Origin: Botryllus schlosseri
Lineage: Eukaryota
DNA: 64,000 nucleotides
Assembly: GCA_051294905.1 (NCBI GenBank)
Contig: CM119378.1
Location: 12,524,001 to 12,588,000 of the forward strand
Reading direction: 5' to 3'
A program made the translations under genes and the position numbers. Every line of letters starts with the position of its first letter. Position 1 is the first letter of the stretch. The notes below the pieces were generated by a model, which had not been told where the DNA came from, searched no databases, and saw only the letters and a list, made by a program, of their open reading frames with translations. This document shows, one piece after another, positions 11,987 through 25,393 of the stretch.

Positions 11987-12564
11987 TAGGGAAGGTTTTT
12001 GTTGCAAATAAATCCGTGGAAAGTTGCATTCATTTTCCACATAAGTTGCACTAAAAAGTTGAAGTTATGGACGAGTTCCTTGAAATTATTAGGGCATGAG
12101 ATGCTCGAAACGATCCGTATCCAAGGCATTGTAGCAAAACTCAGTGTTGGCGACTTCAACAAAATCAATAACCTGAAAAACCTGACCCAGTGAAAATACA
12201 ATTTTCGGTGGTCTAGCCTGAAGGTAAGTAAAATCAGGAATGACCTCAAATTTAAACGACAAAGAAATAATCAATCGATCTATTTACATATAATGCCAAA
12301 TATTTCCAGTAAAGAGTTAGTTGAGTGAAAAATTGAAGAAACTTTCAAAATGTTTCATGAAAGATCGAAAAAGTTGCAAAAAGATGCATGAAAAATCGAT
12401 AAAGTTGGAAAAAGTTGCATGAAAAATTGGAGAAAAGTTGCAACAAGCTGCTATATAAAATTCCTCCAAACAGCATATGACAGCATACTACATAGCTTCT
12501 GGGTATTTAGGAAGCTGCCAGAAGCTGTAAAAAGAAGTTGCAAAAGTTGCAAAAACTTGCCCTA
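11987..12564. mobile_element. hAT MITE, 578 bp, with internal AAAGTTGCA repeats
   Basis: TIRs TAGGGAAGGTTTTTG / CAAAAACTTGCCCTA (2 mismatches); exact TSD GTAATCAG (11979-11986 and 12565-12572). Confidence 0.85.
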
Positions 12565-12666
12565 GTAATCAGAGATTCACTTCGATTCCTATGAATACTT
12601 ATTATTATGCATTTTGCGTAGGGTGATTGAACGTAAGTTTTAGAATTTGTTTACTACACCGAAACT

Positions 12667-13703
12667 AACTCCCAAAAGTGTCGAGATGGCTGCAAGCAAA
12701 CAAACTGAGTTTGAATCCAGATAAGACCGAGATGCTCGTTTTAAATAATGCCAGTCATAATTTCACTGTGAACATCAATCATAAACAAATCTCAATATGT
12801 GACTCAGCAAAATATCTCGGCGTCACCATTGATTCCAAATTGTCTTGGAAGCAGCATATTGAATGCACAATATCAAAACTAGCTCGGTGTGTGGGAATAA
12901 TGACCCGTCTCCAATCTTTGGTTTCCGGATCAGTACTACGAACCATCTACTTCTCTCTTTTCCACTCGCATCTGCAATATGGAATCGTAGTATGGGGAAA
13001 TGCATGTACAACATTTCTGTGCAGAATTCGAACCCTGCAAAACCGTGCGATACGGCTGATCTCATCTGTACCTTTACGTACCAATTTATCGCCTTACTAC
13101 CGTAAGCATCGTATTTTGCGAGTTGATGAACTGTATCGCTTCGAAGTATCAAAAGTTGTTCACAAATATTTTTCCAATAGTCTCCCTCCTGTGTTTGATG
13201 ACTTTTTCATACCTGCTAAACATGTCCATTCCCATTACACGAGATCTTCGTCTAAAGGAAACGTCTACTTACCCCAACCCAATAGCAACCTAACTAAGAG
13301 ATCTATCGACTACTCGGGACCTATCATCTGGAATGCATTACCATCACATATCCGTGAATTGCCTTATAATAGATTCAAAAAAGCCCTACTTGATCACCTC
13401 TTGTCGTTACACTAACACTGTTGCCCTACCTCGCCCAGACATTGCTTCATTGATAATCTGCTACCATTGTTTAATTTTTTTCTATTTTCCTTTCCTAACT
13501 AAACATTTTTTTACAGCCAGACTGTTCTGAGTCAAGTGTACCTGTTTGATGCTGGTGTGATCAGACTAGATGACCTTCAACGGTCTTATCGATCATTCCT
13601 ATCTAATACCGAATACTGTGCACGCATATTTTCTGTACCACATTCACTGCCGTTTGTTATGTATTTTGGTTCGATGAAAATAAAGACTCTCTCTCTCTCT
13701 CTC
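12667..13703 (+). mobile_element. 5'-truncated non-LTR retrotransposon (L2/CR1 group), RT C-terminus plus 3' UTR
   Basis: ORF 12678-13415 (WLQANKLSLNPDKTEML...KYLGVTIDSKLSWKQHI...HLQYGIVVWG) is uninterrupted. The element ends AAAATAAAGAC(TC)n and is near-identical to the 19449-21162 copy. Confidence 0.92.
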
Positions 13704-13882
13704 GATTCCTACATTTGACCGTTGATTATCAAATTCTTTATTCACAGTAAAACTGGTAAATACACACATAATCCGGGAAGCAACCTGCCCCCAAAGGAAA
13801 ATGGCGAGATTGGAGAAAATTTTTAAAATTTCAGTAATACATTGAAATTGTTATTCCTATGCAAGACATGGCGAAGTCAGAT

Positions 13883-13916
13883 TACATTATTATTATTATT
13901 ATTATTATATTATTAT
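13883..13916. repeat. (TAT)n microsatellite
   Basis: ttattattattattattattatattattat run. Confidence 0.8.
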
Positions 13917-15988
13917 CATAGATGGTGAAAAATGAAGTGGCGCATATCACCGTGAAAGGTCTGGTGCACCACGTGCTGACCGTTGATAGTATCTCCTTGT
14001 CGCACCCTGAATACTTGCTAGTTTCTTTTCGCGGTGGTGGAAATCAGTCATAATCTAATATAATATTAATCGCTCTCGCGTGAGTAGATATTGCAATAGT
14101 ACAACTATGGTTCAGTTTTGATTTACTCACCTAGAAAATTGGTTTATTACGAACGATTACTGTTCGTTCATGCCTTGGTATCTCCGGATATGGTGTAATC
14201 CGAATCGTGTTACGGAGGATATATGTATGACAACAGTTACTCCGCTGTTTCTGAACCGAATGGATGCTGTCAAATGAGTGCCACGCAATTCAAAGAGCAA
14301 TGTTTCTGAGTCCGACTCGCGTTCGGTTACTATACATATCCGTCCGCAGGACCGTATGTCGCGAAGCCGCATAACAACATTACGCGATCAACAGCTCGCG
14401 TACGTTATTGCAACGATATCGCCTATGCCAGTGCTTTTCAACCTGTGTGAAATGAAAAATGAAAAAAAATTGCAGTGCGAATGACGAAGGTGATGCGAAT
14501 GGTGCGAATGAAAATCTCGGATAAGTGCGAATGAAAATCGTGAATAATAATTGTTGATTTTTCTGACCTGGAATAATTCAAATAAACCTATTAGGAAATT
14601 CAAGGGCAGTGTAACTTTTGTTGTTGCGACGCAATTGTAAAGACTTGTTTAATTTACGACGCACCACTAATCGTAGCTCTCACAAGCCGTAGTGAATTAC
14701 TATCTTCGCACTATAATTATTACGTAACCAAAAGCCTGGTTCGGAAGCTTGTGTAGTGGCAGAAATACAGTATATCAGCCCGTCTGAGCCTGCGACAGGC
14801 TCGAAAAATGACGTCAAATTGACTTTCAGCTTTCTTTAGCTAAAAATCATCATACTTTCCTAATAACTGTTCGATTAATGCGAGGCACGAGAATAGTAGT
14901 AAATACCATCATTACAGACTCACATTTACAAGTTACCGTAACGCAAATTTTTACCCCTTCATAGGTTGTTAAAGTATGGACCGCAAAGGGTATAATTTTG
15001 GGTCGACGCGGTGGCAAAGCTATCCGTCAATATGCATGTAATATCTATTGAATTTATTGCAAAAATCTAGCGATAGTTTTTACAAATCTAAGGTCACGGA
15101 GTTGAGTAGGCTACTCTAGCCAATAAGCAAGACACGCAAAAAATATGGTTTTATCATGAGAATTCATTAGAAAACATAAGAGTCGACAAAACCTTGGCCA
15201 AAAAATGAGCGATGGCCAAACTATTCGATATGGATATGCTCCGTTGTCGGCACGGAATAGTCCTGTTCTTGCAATCTGAGTAAGACAGTAGTACAACTGC
15301 GACACGCGTCGGTATTAATGCACCCTAATTTGAAATCGCGTGAGTCAGACATAGTTTATAGAGCTGTGTTGAATAATATTGTGGTGTGCGCATTCTGTAT
15401 GTCATATGTAGCAGCCCATGTCCGTAAAATCGTAGCATAGGCCTACTACTGTAATATTAAAAATGAATTCTTTTTCATGGGTGCGGCTCGGGTCGCGAGA
15501 TGCCACAAAAACTCAGATTTTGGTTGTAGTCAAAAATGCTGCGTTAACGTTATTAAACTGTTATGAATTATCAAGTTAGATTGAGCTAAAGAGCAGAACA
15601 CACAGTATCGTCAGTCTATTTGCTCTTGCCACATACTCGCGAGAAAGTCTCATAAGGTAGCGAGCTCTAATGTGCCTACTCTTCTTGATCGTTTGGACCT
15701 TATTTTCCAAGACATAAGGCAAAACCCTCAACACAAACATGTGGGGTTTTCAGCCTTTCGACATCCTTTATGGAGCCTCCTAGACCTTTTCGTCAGCTCT
15801 CAATATCGATTCCTTCCAGCAAGCATTTTTCACTCGTGAAAAACACGTTGTATTTTGGATAGGAGTGCAGAACAAATTTTAAGCTATGGCCATCCAAGCA
15901 CTAGTAGACGTTCTTGTACAAAACCCAACAACTTGCTGGCAGAGTAGGGTTTTAGTGAAATAGTTGAAATCAAAACGAGCGAAAATAG

Positions 15989-17989
15989 CAGTGGCGGCTC
16001 GTGACAATATCGGGTGGTGGGGCAAGGGCTGCAAGCGACTTTTTATCAAGATGACGTCACAATGGAGTTTTCCAACGTAAACAAGTAACTTATTGGTACG
16101 AACTACGGTAACACGAACTTCCCGACAACAGTGATGTAACGTATGTGCCGCGAGAGGTCTGCCGGTGAGCTGTGACTTGAAGTGTGGTAACTGCGTAAAC
16201 GGCGTACGGAACAAAGATTTCACACGGCTCATGTTCGCACTATACCTGACTTGACTAATTATCTGCAGAAATGGAAATGACTATAACTCGAGAGATTGCA
16301 TAAGCCTAGCTGGAAAGGTCAACGAGTTCGGACACATACGCAATTGTTATCTCATAGATTGGACAATGTCATATTGAATCCAAAACATAATTCTGAAGAA
16401 CTACGGATAGCAGCCTCGGAAATTCGGTCCCGATACAGCATAGGAGATATTTTGGCCTTGATGCTGGAGACTGTCACACGACACATACGGCTTACGGTCT
16501 ATATGTCTGCTGCAAAATCGCCTTTGGAAAATATATTACCGAATAAATACGTGGATGAAAGCCGAAAACTTGGTACACTGTTACATGAAATCAACGAGAA
16601 GTAGCCTCATGACCGTTTTCGGTATGGTACACTGTCAAAATTAATACAAACAGACCAACACCGAATTTTGCGTAAAATTTACTGAGGAATAGGCTTATCA
16701 TTGATCAAGCGATCAGCTGTTAGCCGCCATCGAAAACGAAACAGCTATCGCGCTTGACAGGGGTTGTAATTGTAAGCAAATGGCCTGAAGGCCACAATTT
16801 CACGGTCAAAATTGACATTGGAGAATATAAAATAAAAGTAAATATTTGAATGCAAACCGAGGATGTTAGTAAACTGTTTCATGATATCATCATCTCATCA
16901 CTTATCTCAGTATGGAACACAGTTAGCGTTAACACAGATACGCCGACTTTTGCGTGAAATCCGCAATGCGTTAGGTAGGCTAAGTGTCAGATCAGCGCAC
17001 ATCTTTAACATACTCGACCTTGATAACGAAATTGCTGCCCTAATCATTGAGTGCCAACCTTGAGACTTGGCACAGCGTTCGATACTAAAATCAAGACATA
17101 CCATGCAAAAGCTCATGACGGATCTAGGTAAGGAGCATCGTTAAAATCAATGGAGACCAATACCGGCTTTGCGTAAAATATGTTTGCGATAAATGACGAG
17201 TCAGCTCTCACTCGACTTAGGAAACGAAATTACCACTAACACAGTACAGTGACAAACTTGAAACTTGGTACCGCGTTGAATACTAACATTAAGACTTACC
17301 GTACCAAATGTCATGACCGATCTCGGTATGGAACATCGTCAAAATCAATGGATACCAATACCGGCTTTTGAGTAAAATCTGTTTGCGATACATGACGAAT
17401 CAGCACACACTCAACATCGGAAACGGAATTACTACCCTAAACTTCAAGTAGAAACCCTGAAACTTGGGACAATGTTAAATACCACCATCACGACATGACA
17501 TACCAAGTTTCAAGAATTATCATGGTGTGAAACACCATCAAAATCGACCTATACCAGCAAAGGTCGACTAAACGCATATGACGGTAACCGAGTTCAGATG
17601 TAGATACGATTGTTACATCACACCTTAAGGGCGAGCAGGCTATGTTGCCCCGGTTGCTCGGTCATTTTATGAATAGGAGAGAGTAAATCACTGTTTCTTT
17701 ATTGTGCGCAGCTTTGAGAGAATAGACAGTGAAAGCTTGTTATGAGCGCTACCGGGGCATGCCCCGGCTAGGCATTTGCAAAGCGAAAACACGGAAGAGA
17801 ATTCGATTTTCGCAGAGACTTCGCTATATATATGGGCATTTACAAGCGAAAGGACAAGAAGAATACGATTTTTGCTGTGATTTCGGTATATATAGATTGC
17901 TTTGCGTCTATAAATGGTAAAGAACTGTTATTGAACAGAATTTTAGGTGGGGCAATGCCCCAGTTGCCCTATAGGACGAGCCGCCACTG
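15989..17989. mobile_element. Nested hAT-type element, 2001 bp
   Basis: TIRs CAGTGGCGGCTCGT / ACGAGCCGCCACTG; exact TSD GAAAATAG (15981-15988 and 17990-17997). Confidence 0.88.
17060..17565 (+). repeat. Degenerate tandem repeat, period ~198 bp
   Basis: CATCGT(T/C)AAAATCAATGGA(G/T)ACCAATACCGGCTTT starts at 17136 and 17334. Partial units lie on both sides, and more degenerate units near 16560-16680. Confidence 0.75.
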
Positions 17990-18028
17990 GAAAATAGTAG
18001 CATTTTAATGAGACACTACACTAGTTTG

Positions 18029-18624
18029 CAGGGTTATAACCAAGTCACAAAGCTCCGAGTCACAAGTCATTCCCACTTTTATGATTTTGACTCGAGTCAA
18101 GTCGAGTCATTTTCAATTCACCACCGAGTCAAGTCCGAGTCCAAGTCATCGAGCAGAGGTTCGAGTCCGAGTCATGGTATTATGACTCAAGTCCGAGTCC
18201 AAGTCATTGTGTTGACTGCTCAGTTTCCAGTTAAAGTCTTGTTAAACCCACTCTTATAACTCTGTTCGGTGATATCGAATGGTTCGCATTTATAATATAC
18301 TACTTTTCCTCTCTTTTAACAGTTTCTGGTCGCATTTTCAAGTACCAGTACCAATAGACGTAATCCCAATAGGGTGGTTAGTTTACAGTTCTTCGAAATT
18401 ACAATGAAATGACGGTCTTGGCCGGCTGAGTCTCGAGTCATATGACTTGCTTCGAGTCATGCGCAATGACTCGAGTCCAAGTCGAGTCAATACACAGATT
18501 GACTCGAGTCGAGTCGAGTCATTTCCGTATTTTGAGAAATTGACTTGAGTCAAGTGGAGTCATCAAAAAATCGTGACTCGAGTCTGACTCGAGTCGAGTC
18601 ATGACTCGAGTCATTACAACCCTG
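18029..18624. mobile_element. hAT MITE rich in GACTCGAGTC repeats
   Basis: TIRs CAGGGTTATAA / TTACAACCCTG; exact TSD CTAGTTTG; same family as 32496-32914. Confidence 0.9.
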
Positions 18625-19448
18625 CTAGTTTGTTTGTTTGCGGTATTCATGGTGTTTGTCGACTACTATGGTCATTCACACTCGGCCGATATTTTTCATT
18701 TTTATTCCTTAACTGCCGACTTATAGCACGGCCCACTTCTAGGCTTCTTGTAAGACACCGCTTACGCGGATGAGGTGACGAGCAGGAGCCTAGATAAACC
18801 TCCAACAATTAAGTATAGGAATTCTGAAGTAGATCTAGGTCGAACTCGAACCCGCAACGCTTGATAGCTTAAGATACATAGTAGCCAATTTGTTGTACAT
18901 CTGAACAAATAGATGTTGTATTTTCATCTTCCTTTTGCACAACAATTTTCGGTTAGTTTGTGCGAATGAAATTTATTTTACAAAAAAAGTGCGAATGAAG
19001 CGCAAAAAGGTTGAAAAGCACTGGCCTATGCTCTCGTAAGACTCGCTGGTTTGATCTCGAGAACACACACACGCGAATGATCATGATCACGGGGTTTTAT
19101 TGCATCTGATCAGACGTGTTGCAAAAGAACGAAGCAATTAATCTTACTTAAGAAGGTTTATAATCCCTTAAACGTAACATTGGAACGTACATTTATACCG
19201 GGATGGTACTGGTGGGACAATGTCATAATTCCATTCTGAAGACTTGGCCGACGAGATGGCGAAATCGGCCAGTTAGAAATTGGGAGGCATGCAAAAAATA
19301 TCCTGCGCTTTTCTTGAAATGTTATCAGCATGCCTAACATACTCATAACGAGGCCGACATCATATAAAGTAAACTTGACCGCGGTTGGGACTCGTTCTGG
19401 CACAGTCAAAAATACCAACAACGTTACGATGGAATCCGCCACAACCGT

Positions 19449-21162
19449 GGAGAGAGAGAGAGAGAGAGAGAGTCTTTATTTTCATCGAACCAAAATACAT
19501 AACAAACGGCAGTGATGGTGGTACAGAAAATATGCATGCACAGTATTCGGTATTAGATAGGAATGATCGATAAGACCGTGAAGGTCATCTAGTCTGATCA
19601 CACCAGCATCAAACAGGTACACTTGACTCAGAACAGTCTGGCTGTGAAAAAATGTTTAGTTAGGAAAGGAAAATATAATAAAAAATTAAACAATGGTAGC
19701 AAATGATCAATGAAGCAATGTCTGGGCGAGGTAGGGCAACAGTGTTAGTGTGACGACAAGAGGCGATCAAGTAGGGCTTTTTTGAATCTATTATAAGGCA
19801 ATTCACGGATATGTGATGGTAATGCATTCCAGATGATAGGTCCCGAGTAGTCGATAGATCTCTTAGTTAGGTTGCTATTGGGTTGGGGTAAGTAGACGTT
19901 TCCTTTAGACGAAGATCTCGTGTAATGGGAATGGACATCTTTAGCAGGTATGAAAAAGTCATCAAACACAGGAGGGAGACTATTGGAAAAGTATTTGTGA
20001 ACAACTTTTGATACTTCGAAGCGATACAGTTCATCAACTCGCAAAATTCGATGCTTACGGTAGTAAGGCGATAAATTGGTACGTAAAGGTACAGATGAGA
20101 TCAGCCGTATCGCACGGTTTTGCAGGGTTCGAATTCTGCACAAAAATGTTGTACAGGCATTTCCCCATACTACGATTCCATATTGCAGATGCGAGTGGAA
20201 AAGAGAGAAGTAGATGGTTCGTAGTACTGATCTGGAAACCAAAGATTGGAGACGGGTCATTATTCCCACACACCGAGCTAGTTTTGATATTGTGCATTCA
20301 ATATGCTGCTTCCAAGACAATTTGGAATCAATGGTGACGCCGAGATATTTTGCTGAGTCACATATTGAGATTTGTTTATGATTGATGTTCACAGTGAAAT
20401 TATGACTGGCATTTAAAACGAGCATCTCGGTTTTATCTGCATTCAAACTTAGTTTGTTTGCTTGCAGCCATCTCGACACTTTTGGGAGTTCCCTATTCAC
20501 AGATGCATGCAAATCATCGACAGTGTTGGAGGTTATGAAGAGGTGAGTATCATCAGCAAATAGCGTTGTGCGGAATAAAGATGCATTAACAATGTCGTTA
20601 ATATAAATGAGGAAAAAAGTCGGTCCAAGGACTGAGCCTTGTGGCACTCCACAAGTTATATCTCTGGTAGTCGTTCTTAATGTCCCAAGTTTAACAAATT
20701 GCTTGCGGTTTGCCAGGTAGCTTTCAAGTAGAGTTGCTGCAATACCCCTGATTCCATAGTGTTTTAGCTTGTATCTTAAGATTCTGTGGTTAACTGTGTC
20801 GAAAGCTTTGCGGAGATCGATAAAAATGCTGCAGCCACTTTCTTTTTGCTTGATGGTTTTGTAATAGTCCGTTACAATTGATAGTATTGCATGGTTGGTG
20901 TTGTGGTTGGATCTGAATCCATGCTGGGTCGGAGACAGTACTGCATTCAATTCAAAAAAGTTCTTAAGTCGGCAGTCAATCAGTTTCTCAAAAACCGTGG
21001 CAAGATTTGGCAAAACAGATATTGGTCGGTAGTTAGAAATTAGCTTTTTACAGCCTTTCTTAAACACTGGCATTACTCTGGCAGTTTTCAGTGCATCTGG
21101 GAAAATGCCTAGACGTATCGACTCATTAAAGAAAATGCATATAACATCACCAATAATATAAT
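19449..21162 (-). mobile_element. 5'-truncated L2/CR1-group LINE with intact RT ORF
   Basis: ORF 21175-19745 carries RT motifs NYRPISVL, QHGFR, FIDLRKAFDTV, GVPQGSVLGP and LFADDT. The 3' end is AATAAAGAC(TC)n at 19480-19449. No clear TSD. Confidence 0.95.
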
Positions 21163-21238
21163 GAATAATGTACATGATATAGACCGCGCTAACGTAGATG
21201 ATATTATGTCACGTTTTGATCGCGGGGAGCATATAATC

Positions 21239-21604
21239 TAGGCTTACCATACGTCCTTTAAGAGGATTTGTCCTCTTTTATGACTTTTTTAAAAGTGTCC
21301 TCGGAGGACGCCAATTTGTCCTATTTTTTGAGATTTTGTCCTCTTATTTGAAAATTTAGGTCAGATTTAGAGCAAATTGCGAGTGATATGCCGCAAATTA
21401 GCACAGAAACGGCGCTCCGGCGGGTATTTCGGAGTGAAAAACGGTGAATTTAGCTCTGAGCGAAAAGGTGACCTTTTTTTTTCAGTCAACCGATCACAAA
21501 GTGGGAAAAATTCACCGTTTTTTGAGAATTCTACTCCGGTTTTGCAAGTTGCAAATTTCTGAAAAAGTGTCCTCATTTTGGATTTCCAAAATATGGTAAG
21601 CCTA
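21239..21604. mobile_element. hAT MITE, 366 bp, inserted in the 7TM coding sequence
   Basis: TIRs TAGGCTTACCATA / TATGGTAAGCCTA; exact TSD ATATAATC (21231-21238 and 21605-21612). Confidence 0.95.
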
Positions 21605-24600
21605 ATATAATCCGCATAATTTTCTCCGCCGTGGAGAAATGGGTTACGGCAGGCGTTGGAGGATATCTCACAACACCAGCGTCGCGGTTAGCAGTAGCTC
21701 TTATAAGCTTATACATTGGGTATACGAATAAGACCATGAGCGAGAATTGAAATAATACCAGATAAGTAACAATAAGTATAACATTCGGTATTAGATACGT
21801 GTTTCCGGCTTTTGGCACTACTACACAGCCATATTCTCCTTCAACATGAGTTTCAATGGCAAAATAAGTGGACAACGCGCCAAAAGCTATTGCAAATATG
21901 CATACAATCGTCGCAATACTTGCGACTTTATACCAGACACCGACCGACAGCGTTATCCTCGGATGATTGGATATCATGCGGTGTCTTAACCACAAGAAAA
22001 GATACACTTGGCAAATAACAACAGTATAAGCGCCCACGCCTATATTCACAAAAATATTGCAATTGACGTAGCCTCGCGAATAGAGCAGTGACGACGAAAG
22101 TGCAAGTCTTGGTAAGCTAGAGGCAACTGTAACCACACACGATGTGAATATCGTCCCTCTGTCAAAACTATTGAATTGATTCGATTCCGATCTCCGAGTC
22201 TTTATCCAGTTGGATAACAGTCCAGTCAAGATCCACGTAACAGCGCATATTAAAACTATATTGAGGACTTTGCACATGTCAATGTATGTCCGCATATCTG
22301 TCGTGTTTGTGGTCGTTGTAGTCCTTTCAAATCGCATGTTTTGCAATTGTTTTAACGATTGTAGTAGTGTTGAACTGATCCATATTATCGCATTTTATGC
22401 TGTCTAATAACTATACGCTTTGATACCCAAGTCGCCGGGAAAACCTCTAGCTAAAACTTCACACTGTATTCAGCATTACGTCTGCCGCCACCAACTCCGT
22501 ATTTGCAATTACGTAATGTATACTATCTATATATGTATATAGAAATATATTCCTTAGTAGGCTTCGTAATTGCGAGAATTGCATAGTTGCATGTTTCAGT
22601 GAATCGGTATAAGTTTATATAGGGTTTGTTTTACTGATCTCTCAAATGGGGTTATTCATATTATGGTAAAGTTGAGTCAGATTTGAATCGTATATACGAA
22701 TATACGAATTGTAAATATAGAGTCTACGAAGTATGCAGTAACATTCCTGGGTATTTCTACGACGGGTGGAATCGGGCAGGAAATGCGTGGCGACTGATGA
22801 CTTCCGTGTTAACGCTGCGACTTTCTTTTGTGTTATTACTGAAGATTGTGATCATGTTGATAAGTTGCTTTTAAGAGGGGTGGACGCCTCTAAATAATAT
22901 TTCTGTGTTGTTCGTTTATCAAAATTTATTGACTTCAATATATCGCCTGTTTGCGATGTAGTGAAAAGCCAGAAAAGGTATGAAGAAGCAGAAACGACGG
23001 GCGAGTCGGGGCCTACGATACGTATCATAGGCCCCAGGCGAGTTCTTTCAATCATAGACCCAGCGCCCTGGCCTACAAAAATCTCCGAAACATTTTAAAA
23101 CAAGACATGTAGCAATTGTACATTGAAAGAGAAATACAAAATATGTCAAATAATAAATGTACACGAACTTTAAATGAAGTGCATGTGTTAAGCCCTCACT
23201 AGAAATGACTCAAGCAGTATGTTGGTCATCAGTAAGCGTACCTAAAGGAGACATTTGGACTACAGAACTTCAGAATAACACGAAACAATAACTTGATATT
23301 GTTAATTTATTCTATAAAAACTTCTCGACTGACTCTCATCAGTAGCGATCGTCAGTAACAGGGTGAATCAAATTCGAAATATAGGAACTATTTTGTTTGT
23401 ATGACGTAATAATAACAAAAACAAACAACTAGTAGGCACTAATAGACAGGCAAGATATGGCAGTAACAATACATAACAAATCAGTGAGCCATTGTTTTTC
23501 ACAAGTGGAACCTCGGATAATCTTCATGACGAAATCCCTGATGCCTGCAACGCAAAAGCATGCGGGCTACCTGCGGTTGTTATGTATTGTTACTGTCATA
23601 TCTTGCTTGTCTGACATTTCTTATTTTTGTTATAATTACGTCATTAAGACTAAATATTTCCTGCATTTCGAATTCGATTCACCCTATTACCAACGTTCGC
23701 TACCTATGTGCCAGTCGAAAATGTTTCGGCGAATATATTAACAGACCTACTCGTTTTACTGGTAAAAGTAGGCAACACTTCCGACCAAATCTAATCCAAA
23801 TGTAACTCCATGCCTGAGTAATTTTCTACTTCTACTAGAAGTATAGTGTGGCGTGTCTTGAAAATAGCTGCTTCTATACTTCTACTTGAGAAGCAATGCT
23901 GACTACTCTGATCACTTCTGCATATTAGACCTGCTTGACGGTCGTCTTGGAGGTAGACAGGTGATCGATGACTATCTGCTAGCGCGTGTATTATATCGTC
24001 AACAAATTTGGGCCTAGCCAAGAGCCAACCTGATTGCCCGTCGGAGTCTTTCGATATTTTCGCTGACCATGTGATATTTGACTGACAAGGACACGAGTGT
24101 GATATCTAGGTCATTGGTTCTCAACCGCCGGTTAGTGGAAAGTTTCCAGCCGGTCCGCCAAATATATTATACTTTCTTATCCCAATTCCAAAATGCAAGA
24201 AGATGGACGCTAGTCCATTACTTGAAGAATTGAAAGATCATATTTTAAATTGATTTCTATATTGGAAACGTAGTTCTCTGCATGGTGTCATAATACTCGT
24301 AATATAGAGTTCTGGTCTGCTCTAGTCTTAGCGTACTCCACAATGCTGCAAGTGCTGAAGCACTGTTCGGAGGTAGCCGCCTAGGAACAGTTGCATGCGA
24401 AAGCTATCACGACACCTATAAACTAATAATCGTTAACTTTAGACGGTAGGCTACTACAGTTTAGCGATATTAAGCAGTAGAACGGAGACTAACATACATA
24501 AACTCGCATTTCGTTCACAGGTTAGTGGTTTGATACCCGCTTCCCCTTGCAAAACCATCAATCTATAGAAACACGTGTAACACGGCTAATATAAAAATGC

Positions 24601-25393
24601 AGTATTAACTGAAGTTTCCAAATTTAATTTTTGGTTGCCTACATTTTTCATCATTGCAATTTGGGATAATTTTCATTATTGAAGGTTCGCTGGGCTAGGC
24701 TCATCCTCGCCATCTCATACCCGGAAGTGTAAGCGGGTCATGATGAAGAATGATGCATCAACAACAACAATTAGACGTATGCGAATATCATATTATAATG
24801 AAGAAGTTATTGTTTCTGTGCCAAGTTGGTGTATTGTATGATGCCAATAATTGGCGGCCTGTGCCTTCGGATATCGATTTTACACGCTTGCTAGGCACAT
24901 GCTCGACCGTCGATCTCACGTCCAGCTGGACTGCATCATATGCACATTAACCACGCAATGCTTCGGATCGACATCAAGTCCGATGGTGACCTCACACGTT
25001 CATACGAGCCAGCAGTCGACTTGCGTAAGTAAAATGACGGTGCTCCGCCATTACGAGAGCTCTGCAGCCACTGCAAGCGTCATTTCCGATGACGATTAAA
25101 GCGCAGAGCAGTTGTTGGTAGGCCTACGGTGCCACTGGCAGGCTCTAAAGTCACTGGTTGCCTAATAGATGCTCCAACACCAGTAACAACTTGCAGTTGT
25201 CACCGCAAAACGCATGGAAATTGGAACGATTCCAACTTCGAGCTCATTCTAGGCTCCTCGGAAGCATTGCCTTACGAAAGCCAAAAACGATGAAGTGGAC
25301 CGCGCTGAAAGACAGTTGTTCAGGTACTATACGTTAGAACGTAAGTCAGGTGTGAAGTGACGAAAGTAATGGTAACACCATGGATACTAAAAC

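Larger units (their letters stand above)
14429..19023. mobile_element. 4.6-kb non-autonomous hAT element hosting nested elements
   Basis: TIRs CAGTGCTTTTCAACCT / AGGTTGAAAAGCACTG; exact TSD GCCTATGC (14421-14428 and 19024-19031); subterminal GTGCGAATGAA repeats at both ends. Confidence 0.9.
19158..22346 (-). pseudogene. Second orphan 7TM receptor, disrupted by a hAT MITE and a LINE
   Basis: Segments 22346-21605 (TM1-TM5, VYLFLWLRHRMI, ECL2 YGCVV), 21230-21163 (CSPRSKRDIISSTLARSISCTLF) and 19448-19158 (TVVADSIV...LYDVGLVMSMLGMLITF...stop) join in frame to ~366 codons. The product aligns with the 9522-10679 receptor through TM6-TM7. Confidence 0.88.

Noticed and set aside
15879-17116. ORFs 15879-16232, 16296-16604, 16863-17063 and 16907-17116
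   Set aside because: They lie in or across nested transposons and a decayed tandem repeat, with no recognisable motifs.
18029-18624. Regular GACTCGAGTC palindromic repeats as a CRISPR-like array
   Set aside because: No constant repeat-spacer periodicity; bounded by hAT TIRs and a TSD; eukaryotic context.
12823-20337. ORFs 12823-13152, 12863-13105, 20008-20337 and 20055-20297 as genes
   Set aside because: Antisense or alternative frames of the LINE RT, duplicated only because the LINE is duplicated.
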